A DNA stretch of 38,083 bases from Gaiellaceae bacterium (GCA_036511185.1 DATCCQ010000254.1:1-38083); one strand, 5' to 3'; positions 17,447 through 27,140 are shown, counted from the first letter of the stretch. Numbers and translations are program-made. The notes: generated from the sequence alone by a model not told the origin.

Positions 17447-20144
17447 GTGGCCTCGAGCGTCGCCTTTGCCGGCGCCGCTCCCTCTTGGCCGCGTCTGTAG
17501 CGGTCTCGATTCCAGATCCAACCGAACGCTCGCTCACTGCCGCCATCGCCGGCTCCGGCAAGACCTTGCCGACCGACTCGTCATGCCTGAAGCGCTGGAA
17601 AGACTCGGCGTTGAGGCGCCGTGCAAACTCCGGTTCGCGCTCCTTCCACATCGTGAGCAGCGGCGCGGCTACGAAGATCGAGGAGTAGGCGCCGGACGTG
17701 ATGCCGATCAGCAAAGCGAAGGCGAAGTCCTTGAGCGTGGCGCCGCCGGCAACGAAGAGCGCGCCGACCGGGAGGAGGGTGATGAAAGTCGTGGCCAGGG
17801 AGCGCCGGATCGTCTCCCAGATCGACACGTTGGCGATGCGGGCAAACGGCGCCTGGCGCATCAACGGCACGTTCTCGCGGACACGGTCGAAGATGATGAT
17901 TGTGTCGTAGACCGAATAGCCGAGCACGGTCAGCACCGCGGCCACCGTTGAGGTGGTCACCTCCCGACCCGTCAGCGAATAGACCCCGACCGTAATCACG
18001 ATGTCGTGCAGCACAGCGACGATCACCGGCACGGCGTATTTGAAGTCGAAGCGCATCGAGATGTAGCCGATGATCAGCAGGAAAGAGACGATCAGAGCTT
18101 TGATCGCGCTGCGTGCGATCTCGCTGCCGAAGCTGGCCGAGACGTTCTTCGACCCCCTGATCGTGGCTTGGACCTTGGTCTCCAGTTGCTGCGTCAGCTT
18201 GTCCTGCTGCGCCCGGCTGGTGGTGCGCAGGCGCAACTGGAAGCCCTCGTAGCTTTCCGAGCCGCCGACCGTCTTTCCAGTGCCGTAAATCGGAGCGCTT
18301 CTCTCGCCGGTGACGTCGGCGACGATATTGCGCACCGTCCCGAGTTTGGTCGGCTGCTGGGTGTTGAACGTGATCTGCGTCCCGCCCTTGAAGTCGATGC
18401 CCAGGTTGAGGCCTTTGACACCGAGCGATAAGGCGCTGACCAGCACGACGACTCCCGATATCCCAAGCCACAGGTAGCGCTTGCGCATGAAGTCGATCTG
18501 CAACCAGCGCCCGCGCTGGGCTCCATGGGCGCCCATGAAGCTCGGATTGTTGAACCAGCGGAAGTTGGAGAGCAGTCCAAGCATTGCGCGCGTGCCGGCG
18601 ACTGCGGTGATCAGCGAGATGCCGGTACCGAGCAGCAGCATCAGCGCGAAGCCCTTGACGCCCGCCGTAGCGACCAGGAAGAGGACGGCGGCGGTGATCG
18701 CGGTCACCACGTTGGCGTCGAGGATGGTGTGGAAGCCGCGCTCGTACCCGGTGGCAACGGCAGCTTTCACCGATTTGCCCGCACGGGATTCCTCCTTGAT
18801 GCGCTCGAAGATGACGACGTTTGCGTCGGCCGCGACACCGATGGTGAGGATCATGCCGGCGAACCCTGGCAGCGACAGGGTGACGTTGAAGACCAGGATC
18901 ATTCCGTAGAGGAAGACCGCGTAGATGCCGAGACCGATGACCGCCACGAGCCCGAGGAAGCGATAGAGGGTCAGCAGGAAGACGACGACCAGCGCCAGTC
19001 CGATGATTGCCGCCACCATTGCCTGGCGCAGCGAGTCCTTACCAAGCGTGGCCGAGATCTGGTTGCGAGAGGCAACTTCGAACTTCACCGGCAGCGCGCC
19101 GGTCTGCAGCACGGTGGCGATGTCGTTGGCCTCGCTCATCGTGCCGATTCCCTCGATGATTGCCCCGCTGATCGAGGGATCGATGCCGTCGGAAAGCGAG
19201 TTGTCCCTGAAATCGATCATCGGGAAGGTGATGAACTCTCCGTCGAGCACAACCGCGAAGTGCTGCTCTGCCTGATACGCCTTTCCCCGGTTCCACTCGT
19301 CACTGGTGATCTTGTGGAAGACCTTGTTCCCGTGGCTAGTGAAGGAGAGATCGACCTGTGGCCCGTGAGAGCCGAACTCGGATCGGATGCCGCCCGCATT
19401 CAGATCCTTACCGCCGAGGTTGGGGGGCAGTTTGAATAGGTAGTACCAGGTCTGGTTTGCCTTGGGCACGAAACCACCGTTCGGGCCCGGGCATGAGCGG
19501 CTCGTCACTAAGTCGCAGGAGGCGAGTGACATCGTCTTAGGCACGCCGAGGACGATGCCGCCTTTGCTCGTCAGTCGCTTCTGCAGAAGCCAGTTCTGAA
19601 GCTGCTTCTGAGTGTTGAACGAGGTCTTCGTAACGAGACGATGATCCTTGCCAAAGAGGTAGTAGCTAGAAGCGCTCTTACTCTTCGCCTCCGACTTGAC
19701 CAGAGTGAGCAGGTCGAAGAGCTTGTGCGGTTCGGGCACCAGGTTGTTTACCGATACGCCCTCGACCAGCTTCGTCTCCAGATCGAAGAGCTGCAACTCG
19801 GCGAGCTTGCCGATCACCTGCATCGCTCTTCCCGGATCTTTTATGCCGGGCAGGTCGATGACAATTTCGTTCGCGCCCTGAGTGCGGATGTCGGGCTCGG
19901 CGACACCGAGCTTGTCGACGCGCTTGCGCATGATGCTGATCGAGCGCGACATGTCCGTGCTGGTCACCGGGTGACCGGCCGTCGTCGGCTTCGCCTTCAG
20001 CACCACCTGCAAGCCGCCCTTGAGGTCGAGCCCTAACGCCGGCGACTTATAGAGAGGCGAGCTCGGCGCGGCGAAGGCGAAGACCGCTACCAAGGTGGCC
20101 GCGATCAGTAAGAGCAGGATGATGTGTGGTCGGCGCGATGACAC
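17430..20144 (-). CDS. secDF: fused protein-export membrane protein SecD-SecF
   Basis: A 904-aa single ORF. The N-terminal half is SecD-like (TM1, a large periplasmic domain, then a 5-TM bundle). The C-terminal half begins with the SecF-type RKRYLWLGISG...GIDFKGGTQITF and a second TM bundle. It lies downstream of queA-tgt. Confidence 0.9.
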   Translation of the reverse strand: MSSRRPHIILLLLIAATLVAVFAFAAPSSPLYKSPALGLDLKGGLQVVLKAKPTTAGHPVTSTDMSRSISIMRKRVDKLGVAEPDIRTQGANEIVIDLPGIKDPGRAMQVIGKLAELQLFDLETKLVEGVSVNNLVPEPHKLFDLLTLVKSEAKSKSASSYYLFGKDHRLVTKTSFNTQKQLQNWLLQKRLTSKGGIVLGVPKTMSLASCDLVTSRSCPGPNGGFVPKANQTWYYLFKLPPNLGGKDLNAGGIRSEFGSHGPQVDLSFTSHGNKVFHKITSDEWNRGKAYQAEQHFAVVLDGEFITFPMIDFRDNSLSDGIDPSISGAIIEGIGTMSEANDIATVLQTGALPVKFEVASRNQISATLGKDSLRQAMVAAIIGLALVVVFLLTLYRFLGLVAVIGLGIYAVFLYGMILVFNVTLSLPGFAGMILTIGVAADANVVIFERIKEESRAGKSVKAAVATGYERGFHTILDANVVTAITAAVLFLVATAGVKGFALMLLLGTGISLITAVAGTRAMLGLLSNFRWFNNPSFMGAHGAQRGRWLQIDFMRKRYLWLGISGVVVLVSALSLGVKGLNLGIDFKGGTQITFNTQQPTKLGTVRNIVADVTGERSAPIYGTGKTVGGSESYEGFQLRLRTTSRAQQDKLTQQLETKVQATIRGSKNVSASFGSEIARSAIKALIVSFLLIIGYISMRFDFKYAVPVIVAVLHDIVITVGVYSLTGREVTTSTVAAVLTVLGYSVYDTIIIFDRVRENVPLMRQAPFARIANVSIWETIRRSLATTFITLLPVGALFVAGGATLKDFAFALLIGITSGAYSSIFVAAPLLTMWKEREPEFARRLNAESFQRFRHDESVGKVLPEPAMAAVSERSVGSGIETATDAAKRERRRQRRRSRPHGRPR

Positions 20145-20308
20145 TGGGGCTGCAGCTTAGCTTGATGAATCGCGGTTCGAGTTGGAAAGCACACTCGACC
20201 TTCTGTCGAACGCGCCCCTATTGACGCTCGGGCGCCTCAACCGGAATTGTGCAGATTGCCGCCGCTCTCCCGCCAGATCAGGCGGCGCCGGATAGGCCAG
20301 ACGAGCGC

Positions 20309-21433
20309 TCAAGCCTCGTTAGCGACGAGCCGCGCGAGAGCATCGCGCTTGTATGAGGCAAGCTCTCCGCGCACGATCGCCTCGCGTGCCCCGACCACCA
20401 GCTTGATCAGGAAGCGCAGGTTGTGCAGGCTGAGCAGGCGCAATCCGAGCAGCTCCTGCTGGTTGACCAGGTGGCGCAGATAGGCGCGGCTGAAGCGGTT
20501 ACAGGCCGGGCAGTCACAGCCCTCCTGCAGCGGGCGCTGATCGCGCGTGAAGCGAGCGTTGCGGAGATTGATCCTTCCCTCCCAGGTCAGCGCCGAGCCG
20601 GTGCGAGCGGTGCGCGTCGGCAGTACGCAGTCGAACATGTCGATGCCGCGCTCGATCACTTCCAGAACGCCCTCAGGGTCGCCGATGCCCATGAAGTACC
20701 GCGCTTTCGCGGCCGGCAGGAGCGGCGCCGAGAAGCCCGTCGCCTCCAGCATCGCCGGACGGTCCTCCCCCACGCTCAGCCCGCCGAGTGCGTAGCCGTC
20801 GAAGTCGAGCTCGCCGAGCTGCTCGGCCGAGCGTCGCCTCAGCTCCTCGTCGATGCCGCCTTGGACGATTCCGAAGAGAAGTTGCCCGTCGGCCCGCGGC
20901 GCTTGCCTTTGCCGCTCGGCCCAGACCGACGTCAATTCGACCGCCCGCTCGAGCTCGGCGCGCGGTGCGCCGGCCGGTGGGCAGACATCGAGGCACATGG
21001 CAATGTCCGAGCCGAGCCGGCACTGAATCTCGGCCGCGAGCTCGGGTGTGAAGCGCGCCGCCTTGCCGTCGTAAACCGAGCGGAAAGTGACGCCTTCCTC
21101 ATCCACCGCGAGCAGCGTGTCGCGCAGCGAAAAGACCTGGAAACCGCCGGAGTCGGTGAGTATCGGGCCGGGCCAGCCCATGAAGCCGTGCAGGCCGCCC
21201 ATTTCCTCGACGAGCTGCTCGCCCGGGCGGAAGTGCAGGTGGTAGCTGTTGGCGAGCACGATCTCGGCGCCGAGTGCGCGCAGCTCCTCGGGATCGACGC
21301 TCTTCACGCTCGCCTTGGTGCCGACCGGCATGAAGACGGGCGTCCGCACCTCGCCGTGCGCGGTCTTGAGCACACCGGCGCGCGCCTCGCCCTCCTGCGC
21401 TGTCAGTTCGAATGTCGGTTGCTCAGTCGTCAC
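20309..21433 (-). CDS. tgt: queuine tRNA-ribosyltransferase
   Basis: 374 aa with a GTG start. Motifs are TPVFMPVGT, DCVLPTR and the zinc site CDCPACNRFSRAYLRHL. Confidence 0.95.
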   Translation of the reverse strand: MTTEQPTFELTAQEGEARAGVLKTAHGEVRTPVFMPVGTKASVKSVDPEELRALGAEIVLANSYHLHFRPGEQLVEEMGGLHGFMGWPGPILTDSGGFQVFSLRDTLLAVDEEGVTFRSVYDGKAARFTPELAAEIQCRLGSDIAMCLDVCPPAGAPRAELERAVELTSVWAERQRQAPRADGQLLFGIVQGGIDEELRRRSAEQLGELDFDGYALGGLSVGEDRPAMLEATGFSAPLLPAAKARYFMGIGDPEGVLEVIERGIDMFDCVLPTRTARTGSALTWEGRINLRNARFTRDQRPLQEGCDCPACNRFSRAYLRHLVNQQELLGLRLLSLHNLRFLIKLVVGAREAIVRGELASYKRDALARLVANEA

Positions 21434-21564
21434 GCCATCCCGCTCTCAAACACCCCCAAGGGACCAGTCGCGACCCCTGAGGGAAGGCTATCCCGGAAAG
21501 CCATACGTGTTTGTGCTGTATCTGCGACGAGATTCGTCCGGCCGGCCGTCGAACCGAGAGGAGT

Positions 21565-22503
21565 TCAGAGTACGAGCATCGCGTCGCCAAAGGAGTAGAA
21601 GCGGTAGCGCTCGGCGATCGCCAAGCGATAGAGCTCCCGCGTCTCCTCCACGCCGGCGAAGGCCATCACTAGCGCCAGCAGGGTCGAGTGCGGTAGGTGG
21701 AAGTTGGTCAGCAGCGAATTCGCGCGCTTGAACTCGAAGGGTGGCTGGATGAAGAGCTCCGTTCGCCCGGCAAGCGGAGCGCCACGGGCCAGCGTCTCCA
21801 GCACACGCACGCTGGTCGTTCCAACTGCCAGCACACGTTTTGCGTCCTCGATCCTCCGCCAACTCGCGGCGCTCACCTCATAGCGCTCGCCGTGCATCTG
21901 GTGCTCGCGCAGATCGTCCACCGCCACAGGGCGGAAGGTGTCGAGCCCGACGTGCAGCGTGATCCGCTCGACGTCGAGGCGCCCGAGCAACTCGGGCGTG
22001 AAGTGCAGGCCGGCGGTCGGCGCGGCAGCCGAGCCCAGCCGCTCGGAAAAAACTGTTTGGTAGCGCTCGGGATCGTCCAACTTCTCGTGGATGTAGGGCG
22101 GAAGCGGCGCCTCTCCCGCCGGCTCACCCTCGAGCGCGATCCGCCAGCGTCCCTCCCCGAGCGCTTCCAGAAACTCCACCGGCCCCAGGCGCAAGCCAAC
22201 GCGCAACTTACGGGAAGGACGCGCCAATGCCTCCCACTCGCCGCCGCCGAGCGGCTCGAGTAAGAGCACCTCGACCTGACCGCCAGTGGACCTCAGCAGA
22301 TGCAGCCTGGCCGGCACGACGCGGGTGTCGTTCACCACGACTAATTCGCCATGTAGTTCCTCGGGCAGCTCGCGGAAACGGCGATGACGCACTTCTCCGC
22401 TTGAGCGCTCATAGACGAGCAGCCGCGATTCATCACGCTGCTCGAGCGGGCGCTGCGCGATCAGCTCGGGCGGTAACTCGTAGTCCAGTTCGCGTAGGAG
22501 CAT
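21565..22503 (-). CDS. queA: S-adenosylmethionine:tRNA ribosyltransferase-isomerase
   Basis: 312 aa with the N-terminus LDYELPPELIAQRPLEQRDESRLLV and the C-terminal motifs NFHLPHSTLL and RFYSFGDAML. It lies upstream of tgt. Confidence 0.93.
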   Translation of the reverse strand: MLLRELDYELPPELIAQRPLEQRDESRLLVYERSSGEVRHRRFRELPEELHGELVVVNDTRVVPARLHLLRSTGGQVEVLLLEPLGGGEWEALARPSRKLRVGLRLGPVEFLEALGEGRWRIALEGEPAGEAPLPPYIHEKLDDPERYQTVFSERLGSAAAPTAGLHFTPELLGRLDVERITLHVGLDTFRPVAVDDLREHQMHGERYEVSAASWRRIEDAKRVLAVGTTSVRVLETLARGAPLAGRTELFIQPPFEFKRANSLLTNFHLPHSTLLALVMAFAGVEETRELYRLAIAERYRFYSFGDAMLVL

Positions 22504-22530
22504 CCGCTGCCAACGTTAGCCTTCTTGCCC

Positions 22531-22968
22531 ATGGAAGAGGCACTGGCCAGGGCGCGCGAGCGGCTCGAGCAGGCGAGCAGTAATGTCGTCGATCCATCTC
22601 AAACCAGGGCGGCTTTCGAGCGGGCGCGGGCGCAGATGGAGGCGTTGACCCAGATGGGCGCCGAGCTGGAGACCATTCTCCCCGAAGAGATCGGGCTGGC
22701 CATCCGCGAAGGATTGCGAGCCGAGGCGCTTCCGATCGCCAGCCAGCTCAGTGAGCTACGCGGACTCACCGACCAGCTGATCCGAAACCTGAGCGGGCTC
22801 CAGCAGGAGATAGAGGCCGAGCGCCTTGCCCGCGTCGAGGATCTCGGCCTACTCGTCGATCTCATCGCCGGCGGCTGGCGTGGAGTAGGCGAGCGACTGG
22901 CGCGCATCGAAGAGGGCCTGAACGGGCGCGGCGCGACCGTCTACAACCTCGAGCGCGACAGCGCTTGA
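22531..22968 (+). CDS. hypothetical coiled-coil protein
   Basis: High-GC3 ORF, helical and Glu/Arg/Leu-rich, with no family recognised. ATG 22531 is preferred over TTG 22525. Confidence 0.5.
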   Translation: MEEALARARERLEQASSNVVDPSQTRAAFERARAQMEALTQMGAELETILPEEIGLAIREGLRAEALPIASQLSELRGLTDQLIRNLSGLQQEIEAERLARVEDLGLLVDLIAGGWRGVGERLARIEEGLNGRGATVYNLERDSA

Positions 22969-23095
22969 CGATCCCTCCTTAGTAGTTATTACCGACGGTT
23001 CCTAGGTCGCCCAACCGACGCAGGCTCGGTCCGATTTCGGTATTACCTTTGTAGCTTTTCTACCGTGCCAAGAAAGAACTGATTGAGAGGTCGCA

Positions 23096-24127
23096 ATGCC
23101 CATCGTTGATCCCAAGACCTACACGCAGATGCTCGACGCCGCTAGGGCCGGCAAGTTCGCCTACCCGGCGATCAACATCTCCTCCTCGGAGTCCCTGAAC
23201 GCCGCTCTCCGCGGTTTCGTCGAGGCCAAGTCCGACGGCATCGTCCAGGTCTCGACCGGCGGTGGCGAGTTCGGCTCCGGCGCAACCGTGAAAGACGGCG
23301 TCCTGGGCGCAGTCGCACTGGCCGAGTACGCGCACATCGTCGCTGAGAAGTGCCCGGTCAACATCGCCCTGCACACCGACCACTGCCATCCCGAGAAGGT
23401 GGGCACCTTCTTGAGGCCACTGCTCGAAGTGTCGCGCAAGCGCGTCGCGGCGGGCAAGGGACCGCTCTTCCAGAGCCACATGTTCGACGGCTCGACGCTA
23501 CCGCTGGCCGAGAACATGAAGATCGCCAAGGAGCTTCTAGCCGAATGCGCGGAGCTGGACATCATCCTCGAGATCGAGGCCGGCGTCGTCGGCGGCGAGG
23601 AGGACGGAGTCAGTAACGAAGGTGTCGGGCGCGAGAAGCTCTACACGACCCCCGAGGACATGCTCGCCGTGGCCGATGCGCTCGGCACCGGCGACAAGGG
23701 CCAGTACATGTTCGCGGCCACCTTCGGCAACGTGCACGGCGTCTACAAGCCGGGCAACGTGGTGCTCAAGCCGACCATCCTGCGCGACGGCCAGGCTGCG
23801 GTCGAGAAGAAGTACGGAAAAGAAGGCCGCTTCCTGCTCGTCTTCCACGGCGGCTCGGGCTCGGCCCTGGAGGAGATCCGCGAGACCCTCGATTACGGCG
23901 TCGTCAAGATGAACGTCGACACCGACACGCAGTACGCGCTGACCCGTGCGATCGCCGATCACATGTTCAAGAACTACGATGGCGTGCTCAAGATCGACGG
24001 TGAGGTCGGAGTCAAGAAGGTCTACGACCCGCGCGCCTGGGGCAAGGCCGGCGAGGCTTCGATGGCCGCCCGTGTCGCCCTAGCCTGCGACGACCTGCGC
24101 TCGACGGGAACGACGCTGCTCAAGTAA
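23096..24127 (+). CDS. fbaA: class II fructose-1,6-bisphosphate aldolase
   Basis: 343 aa with the N-terminus MPIVDPKTYTQMLDAARAGKFAYPAINISSSESLNAALRGF and the motifs HTDHC and FHGGSGS. It closely resembles actinobacterial class II FBA. A GAGAGG Shine-Dalgarno-like sequence is upstream. Confidence 0.95.
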   Translation: MPIVDPKTYTQMLDAARAGKFAYPAINISSSESLNAALRGFVEAKSDGIVQVSTGGGEFGSGATVKDGVLGAVALAEYAHIVAEKCPVNIALHTDHCHPEKVGTFLRPLLEVSRKRVAAGKGPLFQSHMFDGSTLPLAENMKIAKELLAECAELDIILEIEAGVVGGEEDGVSNEGVGREKLYTTPEDMLAVADALGTGDKGQYMFAATFGNVHGVYKPGNVVLKPTILRDGQAAVEKKYGKEGRFLLVFHGGSGSALEEIRETLDYGVVKMNVDTDTQYALTRAIADHMFKNYDGVLKIDGEVGVKKVYDPRAWGKAGEASMAARVALACDDLRSTGTTLLK

Positions 24128-24153
24128 CAGCTCGCGAAAACCGCTTGTTGGAG

Positions 24154-24186
24154 AGCCCCGGCGCGAGTCGGGGCTTTCTCTTTCTT
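24154..24186 (+). terminator. rho-independent terminator downstream of fbaA
   Basis: Stem AGCCCCG (24154..24160) pairs with CGGGGCT (24169..24175) across an 8-nt loop, followed by TTCTCTTTCTT. It lies in the 60-bp gap between the convergent fbaA and histidine kinase genes. Confidence 0.7.
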
Positions 24187-24187
24187 G

Positions 24188-25651
24188 TCAGGAAGACCGC
24201 TTCGGCTTGTTTCGTTCTGCCCGCCCGCTGAGCGGGAGCTTGAGCACGAAGCGGGCGCCCGAGTCGCTCTCGGTGCAGATCAGGCTGCCACCGTGCGCCT
24301 CGGCAAACCCGCGCGCGATCGCCAGCCCGAGCCCGCTCCCGTAGACGCGTTCCGAATCTTGGGCGTTGCCGAGCCGAACGAAGCGCTCGAAGATGTGCTC
24401 CCGCTCGGCCGCGGGCACCCCGGGGCCAGAGTCCTGCACCCATAGCTCTATACCGGCTCCGCTGCGGCCGATCGAGATATCGATCTTCCCCTCTCCAGCG
24501 GTGGCCTTGCGAGCGTTGTCGAGCAGGTTCGAGATCACCTGGCGAATGCGCTCGGGATCGGCGACGAGCGGGTAGTCGCCGTCGCTCTTGAGCCTCAACT
24601 TCAACTTCGGCTCCTGCTCCCGCAAGAGTTCGACTTCCTCGGCGACCAGCGCGGCGAAATCGAACGGCTTTTGCTCGATCTTGATTCCCTGATCGAGCCG
24701 CGCCATCGAAAGCAGATCGGCCACGAGTTGCGCGGCGCGGCGCGCCTGCTTGGCTATCTCAAAGGAGAGCTGCTCGCGCCGCTCGCGCTCGTGTCCATGG
24801 CGAAGAAGGGTCTCGGCACTCCATTGCATGCCCGCGATCGGCGTGCGTAATTCGTGCGAGGCATCGGAGAGGAAGTTGCGCATGCGCTCCTCCGAGAGGG
24901 AGGCCCGCTCGTGAGCGCGGCGCTCCGAGCCGAGCGATTCGGCCAGCGACTCGAGCATCGCGTCGAGGGCGGCCGCGAGCCGACCCAGCTCCGTCGAAGC
25001 CTTACTCGGGCGGAGGCGCCGACTGATATCTCCGGCGGCAATGCGATCGGCTACCGTGGCCATGCGATCGAGCGGAAGTAGAGTCAGCCTGACCGCGACA
25101 CCAACGATGAGCACAGCGAGCGCGAGCACCAACACTGTCCCGATCAGCTCGGCGAGTAGCAGACGCCGAAGCGATGCCTCCACCGGAGCCTTGCTGGCGA
25201 TGAAGGAAACGGTGTCGGAGCTGGTGGGATAGGAGCTGAGCGGCTCCGTGCTCAAATTCGAGTCGGAGGTAACCGCTACCTGGAAGAGCGTCTGGGCTAC
25301 GTCGGGCAGCTGGTGATGATCGACCTTGGGCAGCTTCGGCGGCTCGAATCCCGTCGGTTTTCCGATCGTCGGGTAGCGCCCCGGCCGATAGATGACTGCA
25401 ACCACGTTCGACCAGGAGATTGTCGTCGCAATGGTCGCCAGAGTGTCGTGCGGGCCAGGGTTGTAGTCGCGGGCGCGCGAGATGACCGACGCCGTGTTCG
25501 CTTTTAGATCACTGTAGTAGCGCTGGTGCAAACTGATGTAGATCGTCGTGTCCAGTGCCAGTAGCGCCAAGAACAGCATGGCGAGGCTGACAAACGTCAG
25601 TCGCCAGCGCAGCGACGCTGTCTTCGTCCCATTCAGATTGCTGTTCGTCAT
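24188..25651 (-). CDS. sensor histidine kinase (two TM segments, periplasmic sensor, HAMP, HisKA, HATPase_c)
   Basis: 487 aa with the H-box SDASHELRTPIAGM, the N-box LLDNARKAT and the G-box GSGLGLAIARG. Two TM helices flank a ~150-aa extracytoplasmic region. It has a 4-nt overlap with the upstream response regulator gene. Confidence 0.92.
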   Translation of the reverse strand: MTNSNLNGTKTASLRWRLTFVSLAMLFLALLALDTTIYISLHQRYYSDLKANTASVISRARDYNPGPHDTLATIATTISWSNVVAVIYRPGRYPTIGKPTGFEPPKLPKVDHHQLPDVAQTLFQVAVTSDSNLSTEPLSSYPTSSDTVSFIASKAPVEASLRRLLLAELIGTVLVLALAVLIVGVAVRLTLLPLDRMATVADRIAAGDISRRLRPSKASTELGRLAAALDAMLESLAESLGSERRAHERASLSEERMRNFLSDASHELRTPIAGMQWSAETLLRHGHERERREQLSFEIAKQARRAAQLVADLLSMARLDQGIKIEQKPFDFAALVAEEVELLREQEPKLKLRLKSDGDYPLVADPERIRQVISNLLDNARKATAGEGKIDISIGRSGAGIELWVQDSGPGVPAAEREHIFERFVRLGNAQDSERVYGSGLGLAIARGFAEAHGGSLICTESDSGARFVLKLPLSGRAERNKPKRSS

Positions 25652-26319
25652 ACGCGCAGAACGTATCCCTGGCCGCGAACGGTGTGGATCAAGCGCGGTC
25701 CGGCCGCCTCCAGCTTATGGCGCAGGTTACCCATGTGTACCGGCACCAGGTTCGGGTCGTGCTCCTCGTAGCCCCAAACCTGGCTCATTATCTGCAGCCT
25801 CGAGAGTACGACGCCGCGGTTTCTCATCAAGAAGGCGAGCAGCTCGAACTCGATCGGAGTGAGCTCTAGCGTCATATCGGCGCGCCTGACGACGCGGGCC
25901 GGCTCGTCGAGAATCAGATCTCCCACCTCCAGTACCTCGGTCTCCAGGCGGCCGCTGCGCCTGAGCAGGGCCCGCAAGCGCGCCAACAGCTCCTCAAGCA
26001 CCACGGGCTTGAGCACGTAGTCGTCGGCGCCCGCCGAGAAGCCGGCCAAACGAGCGCTGACTGAATCCCTAGCAGTGAGAAAGAGGATCGGCAGGTCGCT
26101 CTTGTTGCGAAGCTCGCTCGCAAGCTCGAAGCCGCTCCGCCCGGGCAGCATCACGTCGAGGATGGCTAGATCCGGGCGAAAGCTCTCCACGATCTCCGCT
26201 AGTGAGCCCCCGTCGACCTCGGCCTGCACTGTATATCCGGCTGCGCGCAGCTCCAGGGCGAGAGCGTTCCTGACGGCCTCATCGTCCTCAACGAACAAGA
26301 TTCGCGAAGATCTGCTCAT
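25648..26319 (-). CDS. OmpR/PhoB-family response regulator (canonical)
   Basis: 223 aa. The receiver keeps all conserved residues (FVEDDE, DLAILDVMLPG, LFLTAR, DDYVLKP). The C-terminal winged helix ends in RGQGYVL. Confidence 0.93.
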   Translation of the reverse strand: MSRSSRILFVEDDEAVRNALALELRAAGYTVQAEVDGGSLAEIVESFRPDLAILDVMLPGRSGFELASELRNKSDLPILFLTARDSVSARLAGFSAGADDYVLKPVVLEELLARLRALLRRSGRLETEVLEVGDLILDEPARVVRRADMTLELTPIEFELLAFLMRNRGVVLSRLQIMSQVWGYEEHDPNLVPVHMGNLRHKLEAAGPRLIHTVRGQGYVLRV

Positions 26320-26378
26320 GCGGGAAGCATGCCACCATCCTGAGATGAGACGGCTGCGCTAGACTCGCGCCGGTCGAG

Positions 26379-27140
26379 ATGGCGCGCTTTCGCTCACTAA
26401 AACGCACGCCTGACTCAGGCGACGCCGATCCATCCACAGGCCTCGAGTCGGAGCCTACTTCGCAACTTCAAGGCGGCGAGCAGGCCGTCGTCGAGGTCCC
26501 GGCGCCAGAGTTACCGCCCGTCGAAATCGCAGCCATAGAGCCGGCGCCGGCCGTTACGTCGATCGAAGAGGTAGAGGCGGAGCAGCCGGCCGAGGACGAG
26601 CAACGGCGTGGCCGGCGCAAGGGAGCGAAGGCCCATCCGCGACGCCCACCGGTGGCCAATCTCTCTCGCGTCCGCCGCGAGCGTCGAGCGCTCCTGCGCG
26701 AGCGCGAGCGCCGTATCCGCGACCTCGGCGGTCTGATGCTCGAGATGTACCGGCACGATCAGTTCCGCGAAGACCTGATCGTGGAGCACTGCGCCCAGGC
26801 GATGGGCGTCGAGAACCGTATACACGAGCTGGAGTCCATTCTCATGCGCGCTCGTTCCAGACGAGCGACGCCCGGACCGCAGTGCGCCTGCGGGGCCCCC
26901 TTGCTCTTCGGAGCCCGCTTCTGCGCTAGTTGCGGAAGGCCAACCGAGCTTGCCGCCGCAGGCGAGCAGTGCGCAGGCTGCGGCCAGCCGCTCGCCGTCG
27001 GCGCCAGCTTCTGCGCAAACTGCGGCGCGGTCGTGGGCGAAGTTCGAGGCTCGAGTGACCAGAACGAGCAGACGATAGAGCACACTCCACCGGCAGAGCC
27101 CGGTAGCGCGGTCGAACGAACCGAGGACGGCGCGACTTGA
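26379..27140 (+). CDS. double zinc-ribbon protein with acidic/Pro-rich N-terminus and coiled-coil middle (hypothetical)
   Basis: 253 aa with two C-terminal zinc ribbons: CACG-x10-CASCG and CAGCG-x10-CANCG. It is divergent from the two-component operon. Confidence 0.7.
   Translation: MARFRSLKRTPDSGDADPSTGLESEPTSQLQGGEQAVVEVPAPELPPVEIAAIEPAPAVTSIEEVEAEQPAEDEQRRGRRKGAKAHPRRPPVANLSRVRRERRALLRERERRIRDLGGLMLEMYRHDQFREDLIVEHCAQAMGVENRIHELESILMRARSRRATPGPQCACGAPLLFGARFCASCGRPTELAAAGEQCAGCGQPLAVGASFCANCGAVVGEVRGSSDQNEQTIEHTPPAEPGSAVERTEDGAT

Noticed and set aside
21434-21564. Possible preQ1 riboswitch or other leader in the queA-tgt spacer.
   Set aside because: I recognised no preQ1-I/II/III-like compact pseudoknot consensus. 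There is only a self-complementary CGGCCGGCCG palindrome. tgt is also not a typical preQ1-riboswitch-controlled gene.
26360-26365. TAGACT -10-like hexamer 13 nt upstream of ATG 26379, a possible short-leader promoter with the same hexamer as at 27935.
   Set aside because: There is no acceptable -35 element at 16-18 nt spacing. A single hexamer match is too weak to report as a feature.
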